Assembly: GCA_009924135.1 (NCBI GenBank)
Contig: RFSE01000001.1
Coordinates: forward strand, 4,518 to 68,517
Reading direction: 5' to 3'
Length of the DNA: 64,000 nucleotides
Source of the DNA: Pseudomonadota bacterium
GTDB taxonomy: Bacteria; Verrucomicrobiota; Verrucomicrobiia; Limisphaerales; SXTU01
Shown: positions 26,184 through 36,900 of the stretch, in pieces
Layout of the letters: every line of letters starts with the position of its first letter
Numbering within the stretch: position 1 is the stretch's first letter
The notes under the pieces: generated by a model
The model's database searches: none
What the model was told of the DNA's origin: nothing
The model's input: the letters and a program-made list of their open reading frames with translations, nothing else
Translations under genes and position numbers: made by a program

Positions 26184-28434
26184 TTGTCCATTCCCAATCT
26201 TTGGGCCATTTTCACCCTCTGCTTCGCAACGATTGCCGCAGGCCAATCCTTCCACGATCCCGCTGACCAGCCATTCCGCCGTGCTCCCATGTCCGTCGCG
26301 GCGCGCAGCGTGGTCATTCCGCTGGGGACGAATGTCCACCTGGGGTTTGATACCGAGACGCTGCGCACCCACACCGTCTGGCGCGGGGATGCATTGAGTC
26401 TGCATGGCACGCCGTATGACGGGGTGGCGGGCCGGTTCCTAGCAGATTTCACCGGCGATTTTCTCTTCACCAACCCGCCGCTCTTTCCTTGGGCCGGAGG
26501 CAAGCCCGCGAAGAACATCCTCACAGACTTTCCGTCGAAGCCGCGCTTCCTTGGTATCAGCACGCGCGGGGGCGTCACCACGTTGATGTATGAGCTGCCG
26601 CTCGATGCCGAAGAGGTCGTCCGCGTGCATGAGACGCCGTCGGTGCAATGGGTGGATGGCGTGCCGGTGGTAGTGCGGCGGTTTGAGCTGTCTGCAAGCT
26701 ACATGGACCTCGAATTCACCGCGCACATGGAGGCGGGCCGCATGACCCCGATCGGCCAGAGCCCAGCGGCGATGGGCATCTTGCGCGAGAAGGATGTGCT
26801 GCTTGTCGCGTTCCGGGGCCGGCCGTTGCTGGGCTGGAAACCGGCGACTTCGCAGGTGGATTACGTCTTCGAGATGCACCGGGAGAAGAACGGTGAAAGC
26901 GAGGTGGTGTCACGGCATAACACCGGCGATGAAACGCACGCAGTTGTGCATATCCCATCGCATCGCGGGGAAATTTCCTTTGAAGTGCTCACGGTCGTCT
27001 GCGCAGACAAGGCCGAGGCTGAACGTTTGTTGCCCAAGCTGGTGCCGGCGAAGGTTGCCTCGCCGGAGCTGATGCGCGTCTCCGAGCCGCCGGCCAGCAA
27101 GCCGACGAACGAGATTCCGGCCTTCGTCCTGACGAATACGCCCGCCATTGTTGGTGACACGTCGGTTCGTATTGAGACGCTGGCTACGCCGACAGCACTA
27201 AGTTCAGCCGTAACTGGATTAGACTTCCTGCCCAATGGCGATCTCGCGTTTTGCACGGCCCTCGGTGAGGTCTTCATTCGGAGCGAGTCGCCCGATGCGC
27301 CGGGCGTGGCGACCTATCGGCGTTTCGCTCGCGGCTTGATGGAGCCGGCGGGGCTGCGCGTGTACAGCGGAGAAATCTTCGTGGCGCAGAAGTGCGAGCT
27401 GACCCATCTGCGCGATACCGATGGAGACGGCGAAGCGGACTCCTTTGAGTGCGTGAGCCAGGCCTGGGGTTTCAATGGGAATGCCCGGCAATTCGCCGTC
27501 GGGCCCGTCGCGGACAAGGAAGGCAAGTTCCACGTGCTGCTCGACGGTCGCGGCAGTCGCTGGGAAATCCCGTTCCGGTCCTGGGATGTGCGCTTCAGTC
27601 GCGCGGGGAAGGATTTTGAGGGCTGGGCCAGCGGTTTTCAAACACCAGGCGGGGTTGGCGCTTTCGGCGGGGAGGTTTTTGCGACTGACAACGCAGGGCC
27701 AAGCGCATGGCTTTCCGGCGGCGCAGCCCGCGCCGCAGGAACAGTTCAAGGAACCGAAGGAAATGACGGCACCAGCGGTGTGGTTTCCGGCCCGTCTGGC
27801 GAAGCACGCGGCGGGGTTTGCGGCTGCCCCGGAGAGCTGGGGCTCGTTCGCCGGACAGATCATTGTCGCGGATGGCGATGGCGCTTTGCTCCGGGTGAAC
27901 CTGGAAAAAGTAAACGGTGAGTGGCAGGGCGCAGCATGGCCATTGCTCAAGGATGCCGGCGTGCGTGCCACGCGATTGGCGTTCAACGCCACGGGCCAGC
28001 TCTATCTCGGTGGCGTGGCGGCCAACGGCAAAGGACCCGGCCTCGTGCGGATCGGACTGCGTGATACCAAGCTGTTCGAGGTGCAACAGGTGAAGGCGCT
28101 GGCGGAGGGTTTCGAGCTGACGTTCACTCAGCCGGTCGATGGGGTGTCAGCCGCGAAACCTGCGAGCTACGACATCACTCAGTTCAACTACCGCCATGTG
28201 GTTAATGCAGGACCGGAGCACGACTTCGCGGGCACGCCGGACAAGGCTTCGTCGTTGAAGGTCCTGAGCGTGACCGTCGCGGCGGATGGGCTCAGTGCGC
28301 GTCTGAAGATCGGGGACTTGCACCCGGGCTTTGTCACGGGCGTGCGCGCTGCCGGAGTACGCAGCGCTACCGCGAAGCCGCTGGCGCATGACACCTTTTA
28401 CTACACGCTGAACCAATTGCCCAAGCAGCCGTAG
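26184..28434 (+). pseudogene. secreted beta-propeller protein (DUF7133 / sugar-dehydrogenase-like fold) interrupted by a +1 frameshift
   Basis: ORF 26007..27920 is plausible up to ...GGEVFATDN. ORF 27475..28434 is plausible from QGQAHGFP onward. Removing the g at 27693 would restore the DNQG junction. The putative TTG start at 26184 precedes the signal-like sequence SIPNLWAIFTLCFATIAAGQS. Confidence 0.6.
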
Positions 28435-28455
28435 AGCCGAAGCAGGGCTGGGGGT

Positions 28456-28604
28456 AACCACGAAGACACGAAGAGCACAAAGAACAGAGTCAATCTGACC
28501 GACGTGTCCAAAGACACCGGTAAACCTTTTGGTGAGCCCCCGTCCACCGGATCAATGTAGCGTTTTCTCGATCTGATCTTCGTGCGCTTCGTGCCTTCGT
28601 GGTT
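28456..28604. repeat. family B inverted repeat (30-bp arms, 26/30 complementary)
   Basis: AACCACGAAGACACGAAGAGCACAAAGAAC (28456-28485) pairs with GATCTTCGTGCGCTTCGTGCCTTCGTGGTT (28575-28604). The arms resemble the 30-bp core of the 23542-23805 palindrome (about 23 of 29 positions). Confidence 0.7.
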
Positions 28605-28686
28605 CAACCCGAATTGGTCAGTTAGGCATCGCTTTTTCCTGCACTTGCCGGTTGTCACGCGCGGTGGCTGCGCTAACCTTTGGCCC

Positions 28687-29856
28687 ATGAAGCCACTGAG
28701 TTTAATACTGCTCGGCACGACGCTCGCGACGGCGGCGCAGGCCGAGTTCAAGGCCGACGTTGCCGCGATCCGGCAGGTCGGCGCGGAAGGGAAGGGAAAC
28801 GCTCTGGCCACCGCCGCCTGGCAAAACCTCGCCAAGGCGGACGCCCAGTCCATCGTCCCGCTGCTCACCGCGATGGACGAGGCGAACGACTTTGCCGCGA
28901 ATTACCTCCGCTCGGCCGTGGACGCCATCGTGGACCGCGAACTGACGGCGGGCCGCAAGCTGCCGCAGGCGGATCTGGAACGGTTCATCGGAGAAACGAA
29001 ACACAATCCCCGGGCGCGCCGCTTGGCATACGAGTTGATCGTGCGCATCTCACCGGCAACGGGTGAAAAGCTGCTGCCCACGTTCGCCAACGATCCCAGC
29101 GTCGAGCTGCGGCGTGACGCGGTCCAGCGGTTGATCGACGCGGCGGAGAAGGCGCTGGCGGCAGGGGACAAGGCCGCCGCGACGAAAGGCTTTTCCGAGG
29201 CGCTGACCTATGCGCGCGACGAGGCGCAGATCAAGAAGATCGCTGGCGAACTGCGGAAGCTCGGCCAGGAAGTGGACCTGCCAAAGCACTTTGGCTTTCT
29301 CACGCACTGGAAGCTGATCGGCGCGTTCGACAACACGAAGCTCGCGGGGTTCAACGCCGTGTATCCGCCCGAGCAGGCGGTGGACCTCGTGGCGACCTAC
29401 GACGGCAAACTCGAGAAGACCCATTGGGCGGACGTGGCCACGTCGAACGATTACGGCATGGTGGATTTCAACAAGTCATTCGGCGACATGAAGGGCGTGA
29501 CCGGCTACGCCTTCACCGAGTTCAACGCAGCCGAGGTCCGGCCCGCCGAGTTGCGTCTGGGCTGCAAGAACGGTTGGAAGGTTTGGTTCAACGGCAAGCT
29601 TCTCTTCGGACGGGACGAATATCATCGTGGCTCGCGCATTGACCAGTATCGGATGCCGGTCGAGTTGAAGGCGGGCCGGAACACCATCCTCGTGAAGGTC
29701 TGCCAGAACGAGGAGGTAAAGGACTGGACGAAGGAATGGGAGTTTCAGTTGCGCGTGTGTGACGCCAGCGGCACGGCGATTCTGGCGAAGGACCGGCCGC
29801 CGACGCCGAAGGGATCAGCCACCGCGAAAGCCGAGGCCAAGAAAGGATCAAAGTAA
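28687..29856 (+). CDS. secreted helical-repeat (HEAT-like) protein with C-terminal beta-sandwich domain
   Basis: Signal peptide MKPLSLILLGTTLATAAQA. Alpha-helical repeat region, then a beta-rich C-terminus (LRLGCKNGWKVWFNGKLLFGRDEYH...ILVKVCQNE). Function unknown. Confidence 0.55.
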   Translation: MKPLSLILLGTTLATAAQAEFKADVAAIRQVGAEGKGNALATAAWQNLAKADAQSIVPLLTAMDEANDFAANYLRSAVDAIVDRELTAGRKLPQADLERFIGETKHNPRARRLAYELIVRISPATGEKLLPTFANDPSVELRRDAVQRLIDAAEKALAAGDKAAATKGFSEALTYARDEAQIKKIAGELRKLGQEVDLPKHFGFLTHWKLIGAFDNTKLAGFNAVYPPEQAVDLVATYDGKLEKTHWADVATSNDYGMVDFNKSFGDMKGVTGYAFTEFNAAEVRPAELRLGCKNGWKVWFNGKLLFGRDEYHRGSRIDQYRMPVELKAGRNTILVKVCQNEEVKDWTKEWEFQLRVCDASGTAILAKDRPPTPKGSATAKAEAKKGSK

Positions 29857-31061
29857 TGAAACATGTTTTCACCGCCGCCTGCGTCAGCGCTTTGTGCGTG
29901 CAACTTAATGCCGCCGACTGGCTGCAGTTCCGTGGCCCGGGTGGCACCGGCGTTTCGCCCGAGGCGAATCTGCCCCTGCAGCTCGACGCGAAGAGCATCA
30001 CTTGGAAAATCCCGTTGACCGGGCGGGGGTTGTCCAGCCCGGTCATTGTCGGGGATCGCGTGTACGTCACGGCTTGCAGCGGCACCGAGCAGGACCGGCT
30101 GCACGTCATCTGTTTCCGGCTGAAGGACGGCGCGAAGGTCTGGGAGCGGCAGTTCTGGGCCACGGGCCGCACGATGTCGCATCCCAAGACGAGCGTGGCG
30201 GCCAACTCGCCGTGCAGCGATGGCAAGCGGCTGTTTTGTCTCTTTTCCTCGAACGACCTCCTGTGCCTGGACCTCGATGGCAATTTGCTCTGGCTGCGCG
30301 GGCTGGGACGCGATTACCCGAACGCGAGCAACAGCCTCGGCATGGCGGCCTCGCCCATCGTGGTGGGTGACACGCTCGTGGTGCCGGTGGAGAACGACAG
30401 TGAGTCGTTCAGCGCGGGCATCGACGTGGAGACCGGCGCTAACCGGTGGAAGCGGGACCGGCCGAAGATGGCGAGCTGGACGACCCCCGTCCTCGTGCCT
30501 GACGCGAAGTCCGGCACGCCGCTGGTCGCCCTGCAATCCGGCCCGGGCCTGAGTGTCGTGGACGTGCGGACGGGGCAGGAGGCGTGGTATTTCACGGATG
30601 GGGCTTCGACCATGTCCTCGAGCGTTTTCACCGGCGGGGTTTTGTACGTGCCGTCGAAGGGCATGGCGGCGATGAAGCCCGGGGCGGCGGGGGCGCACCC
30701 CGAGACGATCTGGCAGAACAGCCAGCTCACGCCCAACACGGCCAGCCCGATTGTGCTGGGCGACAAGCTCTTCACCCTGAACTCCGCCGGCATCCTCAGC
30801 GCGGCGGACATCAAGGACGGCAAGCGCCTGTGGCAGTTGCGCACCACCGGACCTTACAGCGCCACGCCGGTCGGCTTTGGCAAGCACCTTTATCTCGTGA
30901 ACGAAAAGGGCCTCGTGCAGGTCGTGGACACCAGCGCGCTGGAGGGAGCGGTCGTGAGCAAGCTCGATCTGACCGACACGATCATCGGCACGCCGAGCAT
31001 CGGCGGTGGCGCGGTCTTCATCCGCAGTGACAAGGCGCTGGTGAAGCTGGGCGGGTCGTGA
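29856..31061 (+). CDS. PQQ-like (BamB-like) beta-propeller repeat protein
   Basis: Signal peptide plus WLQFRGPGGTGVS. Repeated ...SSPVIVGDRVYV... and ...SPIVVGDTLVV... blades. The start overlaps the upstream stop (TAATG at 29854-29858). Confidence 0.7.
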   Translation: MKHVFTAACVSALCVQLNAADWLQFRGPGGTGVSPEANLPLQLDAKSITWKIPLTGRGLSSPVIVGDRVYVTACSGTEQDRLHVICFRLKDGAKVWERQFWATGRTMSHPKTSVAANSPCSDGKRLFCLFSSNDLLCLDLDGNLLWLRGLGRDYPNASNSLGMAASPIVVGDTLVVPVENDSESFSAGIDVETGANRWKRDRPKMASWTTPVLVPDAKSGTPLVALQSGPGLSVVDVRTGQEAWYFTDGASTMSSSVFTGGVLYVPSKGMAAMKPGAAGAHPETIWQNSQLTPNTASPIVLGDKLFTLNSAGILSAADIKDGKRLWQLRTTGPYSATPVGFGKHLYLVNEKGLVQVVDTSALEGAVVSKLDLTDTIIGTPSIGGGAVFIRSDKALVKLGGS

Positions 31062-31120
31062 GATTGATCAAAGCATACGTATCTAACGAGCATGCAACGT
31101 CTCACCGATGGTCCAGCTCT

Positions 31121-31282
31121 CATTAGCACCGGGCTTCAGCCCGGTGTGATGGGCTGTGGAGCGGCAAAGCTGTTTCAGCAGCTTTGCCCCTTTGTACCGA
31201 GGCTCCGAGTGTCGCGGAAACCGTTGAAACGGTTTCCGCACATGTCTTTTCACCTACACCCGGCTGAAGCCGGGTGCTAATG
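31121..31282. repeat. composite element of four hairpins bounded by 27-bp inverted termini
   Basis: CATTAGCACCGGGCTTCAGCCCGGTGT (31121-31147) pairs with ACACCCGGCTGAAGCCGGGTGCTAATG (31256-31282). The inner hairpins are perfect: GGCAAAGCTG-N6-CAGCTTTGCC (31163-31188) and GCGGAAACCGTT-GA-AACGGTTTCCGC (31214-31239). Confidence 0.85.
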
Positions 31283-31291
31283 GGATTGCCC

Positions 31292-32752
<1,461 letters not shown>

Positions 32753-32823
32753 GCGGACGAATCCTCCTGGTGATCGGCTGGGCACGAATATGTATGCCTG
32801 CCGTTCCGGTGGCGTGCGCCAGC

Positions 32824-33900
32824 TCAGAACGCGTAGTTCAGACCGGTGTTGAGGCTTAGGATGCCGTCGAGCTGGAGGTTCGCGCTTTTGCCCAGCACGG
32901 TGGTGCGGGAGTTGCCGGCGTACTGATACGCGAAGCCCAGTTCCCAGCTCCATTGCTGGCTGAGAGCCACGTAGAGGTTTGCCCGCGCGATGGCGCTGAA
33001 GAGCCAGTCGTCGTTCGAGACCCGGCCGGAGCGGCTCGCGGTAACGACGCCAGGGACAACAACGGTCTCGCTGAAGCTGTAGGTGTTGTTGACGTAAACC
33101 ATGCCCAGGCCGCCGCCGAGCGTGAGGGACACGCGGTCGTGCAGCGGGAACTCGACGAAGGGGCCGATGTTCATCCCGTAGAGGGAGCCATCGAGCTTGT
33201 TCAGGACCGTGCCGGTGGCGGGAACGGACGTGATGGTACGGCTGCCAGGAACGTCCGGGATCAGCGGGCCGGCGGCCGAGAAGCTGCCCGAGTACGGGGC
33301 CAGCGGGGGCAGCACAATGCCCGGTGCGTACTTGTCCGTCGTGAGGCTGACCGGGCCGGCCAGCGAACCGGCGTCGCGCTGGCCGATGTGCATGTAGCCG
33401 AAGGTGGCGAGGACGCCGACGTTTGCGCGGCGCTTCTCAGTGAAGTGGAAGCGGCCGAGCACCTCTTCGTAGGCGAGTTCCACCCCGGGCAGCATCTTGT
33501 CCTGGCTGCCGCGCGTCTGGCCGTCGGCGAGCGAGTTGACGGAGTGGAAGGCGAGCGAGCTGGCTCCGAGGAAGGGGGCGGCAGGGTCGGCGGCGGTGTA
33601 CTGGGAGGCGTTGTTGTAGCCCCAGTTCCAGGTCGTGCCGCCGGCGTTGCCGCTGACGTCGCGGAAGACAAAGCCATCGGCGTACGATCGGTTCACGCCG
33701 GGGACCAGCGCGCCGGTGTTGTTGGCGGTGGAACTGGTGAAGTCCGTCTTCACCCCGAAGTTGAAGGTGGCCTTGAGCGAGAAGCGGTTGCGCCGCTTGA
33801 GCATCGGATCGTTTGTCTCCGGCGTGCTGTTATCCTGTGCGAGAGCGCTGCCGCCCATGCAAGCCAGACTGACGGCCCCGAACCAAAGTGGATGTTTCAT
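32824..33900 (-). CDS. outer-membrane beta-barrel protein
   Basis: Signal peptide MKHPLWFGAVSLACMGGSALAQ. Alternating hydrophobic beta-strand pattern. C-terminal GLNYAF with a terminal Phe, typical of OMPs. Confidence 0.7.
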   Translation of the reverse strand: MKHPLWFGAVSLACMGGSALAQDNSTPETNDPMLKRRNRFSLKATFNFGVKTDFTSSTANNTGALVPGVNRSYADGFVFRDVSGNAGGTTWNWGYNNASQYTAADPAAPFLGASSLAFHSVNSLADGQTRGSQDKMLPGVELAYEEVLGRFHFTEKRRANVGVLATFGYMHIGQRDAGSLAGPVSLTTDKYAPGIVLPPLAPYSGSFSAAGPLIPDVPGSRTITSVPATGTVLNKLDGSLYGMNIGPFVEFPLHDRVSLTLGGGLGMVYVNNTYSFSETVVVPGVVTASRSGRVSNDDWLFSAIARANLYVALSQQWSWELGFAYQYAGNSRTTVLGKSANLQLDGILSLNTGLNYAF

Positions 33901-33912
33901 GTCGATGGAAAA

Positions 33913-36900
33913 TCAGGGCACTTGAAGAATGCGGTAGAAACGCGAACCCGCCGCCGCTGGGAGACTGGTGGTGCGAGGTGGCCCGGTGTCCACCCATTGC
34001 AGGCGTCCGCCCGTGCCGGCGACGCCCGGGAAGGAGGTGTCATACGGCCCGGCGGGGCTGGAACTGTACTGGATGTAGTAGGTCTTCCCGGCCGTGCTGG
34101 AGAAGTCCACCACGAAGCGGCCGGTGGCGGTGTTGAATTGCGAGCGATCCGCCGACAAGACCACACCGGCGGGAACGACAGGATAGCCGCCGGTGACAAT
34201 TTCCACAACCAACCGCGGTTTCGGGGAAGTGACGCGGTCCGAGACGTAATACTCGACGTTCAGCGGGAAGGTGCCGGCGGGGGCCACGGTGGAGGGGATG
34301 AGGATGTAAGGCGTCCCGTTGTTCGTGCCCGTGGCGTTGATGATGTAAATCGCGTTGCCCAGGGAATCCTTGCCCAGATCGAAGAAGGAGATGCGCAGGA
34401 AGGTCAGCGCGCTGACGCTGCCCGCCGGGTTCAACACGGGCATCAAATCCTCCGTCGCTCCGGTCTGGGAACGCAAGGTGTAATCGGTCAGGGACTTGAA
34501 GATCACCGCACCACTGATGAAGTAGCTCGGGAGCGGTGCGCCAACGGCGTTCAATACCTGGTTCGTCACGGGCACGCCTTGCAGATTGATGCCGCAAATG
34601 CTCTGGGTCACCCCGGCGTTGACGGTGAAGTTGACGAAGACGACGACGTTGCTGCCCGGCGTGAAGGTCTGCGCTGCCGGTAGGGCAACATCGAAGCCGA
34701 TCTGCCCCTGGCCCGCTGCGTTGGTGGCAGCGAGCGTCGCGCCCACGGGCGTGGTCACACTGATGAAGTTCAGCTTGTTGGTGTCGTAGGCGATGCTGCC
34801 GAGCACGCGGTTCTCACCGCCTTCGGCCAGCAGTGCCACGGGGACTGAGATCGGCGAGCCGGCTGTGAAGTTCGTTGTTTGCACCGTGACCACGGTCAAG
34901 GTCCGCTGCGAAAGCGTAAGCGGCACGGTGATGCTGGTCACGCTGCCGTCGGGGTTGGTCACTTTGACGCAGTAGTTGCCCACGTCGGCGGCGGAGATGT
35001 TCGTCAGCGTCAGCATCGCTCCGGTGGCCCCGGGGATGTCCACGCCATTCTTGCACCATTGATAGAGCAGGGTGGGGCGTCCGGTAGCGACTACGACGAA
35101 GGCGACCATGTCACCCGCGAGACCGGTGGCCGGGGTGGGTTGGACAACGATGACCGGCGGGTCCAGGACGGTGAGGGTGGCGTTAGAGCTGGTGACGGAA
35201 CCATACGGGCTGGTGATGACCACGGAGTAAAGACCGGCTTGGTTGGTCTGGACGTTCGTCAGGTTCAAGGACGCGTTGGTTGCGCCGTCCAGATTCACGC
35301 CGCCGAACCGCCATTGATACGTGATCGGGGCATCGCCGGCCGCAGTGACGGAGAAGGAGGCGTTCGTTCCCTTGAGCACGGTCAACGATTGCGGCTGGGT
35401 CGTGACCGACGGCGGAGCCTTCACGGTGAGCGTGGCGATGGCACTGGTCGCGGTGCCGTAGGGGTTCGTGACGACGACGGAGTAGTTACCGGCCTGACTG
35501 GTCTGCACTCCGGCCAGTGACAACGTTGGGTTCGTCGCCCCGGAGATGGGGTTGCCGTTGAAGAGCCATTGATAGGTGAGCGGCAGGTCGCCAGCCGCCA
35601 CCACGGTGAAGTTGACCGTGACGCCGGCGACGACGGTCTGGGTGACGGGCGGGGTAACGATCGAAGGCGGTACATGAACGGTCAGCAAGGCGTTCGCGCT
35701 GGTGGCGGAGCCATAGGGACTGGTGATAATGACGGAGTAGTTGCCCGCCTGGTTCGTCCGCACGTTCGTCATGGCCAACGACGCATTCGTCGCGCCAGGA
35801 ATGGTGAGGCCACCATAGAGCCATTGATACGTGAACGGTCCATCACCGCCCGCCATGACGGAGAAGCCTGCGTTGTCGCCTTGTAGAATGGCCAAGGACT
35901 GCGGTTGCGTGGCCGCGAACGGCAGGGCTTTTACCGTAAGTGTGGCAACTGAGCTGGTTGCGGTGCCGTAGGGATTGGATACCACGACGGTGTAATCGCC
36001 GGTCTGGCTCTTCTGGATGGCCGGAAGCGACAGGATGGCATTGGTTGCGTTGGCAATCGCATTGCCATTGAAGCGCCACTGGTAGGACAGTGGTTGATCG
36101 CCGGTCGCCACCACCGCGAGGTTGGCCGTGACACCGACGATGATCGTCTGGGACAGCGGTTGCACGGTGATGGCCGGCGGGACGTGGACAGTCAACAGGG
36201 CGTTCGCGCTGGTGACTGAACCGTAGGGGCTGGTGATTACGACGGAGTAGTTGCCGGCCTGACTGGTCGGCACGTTGGTCAAGGCGAGCGTGGCGTTGGT
36301 TGCTCCGGGAATCGAGATGCCGCCGTACAGCCACTGATAGGTGAACGGGCCGTCACCGCCCGCCGTGACGGTGAAGGTGGCGTTGCTGCCCTGCAAGATG
36401 GACAACGACTGGGGCTGGGTGGCCGCAAACGGCGGGGTCTTCACCGAGAGCGTGGCGATGGCGCTGGTCACGGTGCCGTAAGGATTGGAGACTACGACGG
36501 TGTAATCGCCAGTTTGGTTGGCCTGAATGGCGGGAAGCGACAGGACGGAATTGGTCGCGTTGGCAATGGAGTTGCCATTGAAGCGCCACTGGTAAGACAG
36601 CGGTTGATCCCCGGTGGCCGTCACCCCGAGGTTGGCCGTGACGCCGACGATGATGGTCTGCGACAGCGGCTGGACGATGATCGCGGGCGGCACCTTTACC
36701 GTGAGCAATGCGTCCGAGCTGGTGGCGGAGCCGTAGGGGCTGGTGATGACGACGGAGTAGTTGCCGGCCTGATTGGTAACGACACCAGTCAAGGTGAGCA
36801 CCGAGTTGGTGGCCGCAGATACTGGGTTGCCGAAATAGAGCCATTGGTAGGTAAACGGCCCGTCGCCGCCCGCCGTGACCGAGAAGGTGGCGTTACTGCC

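Noticed and set aside
27680-27700. Programmed +1 ribosomal frameshifting at the two split genes (also 22775-22807)
   Set aside because: There is no slippery or shifty motif, rare-codon-plus-SD arrangement or conserved stimulatory structure at either site. Mutation or sequencing error is the simpler explanation.
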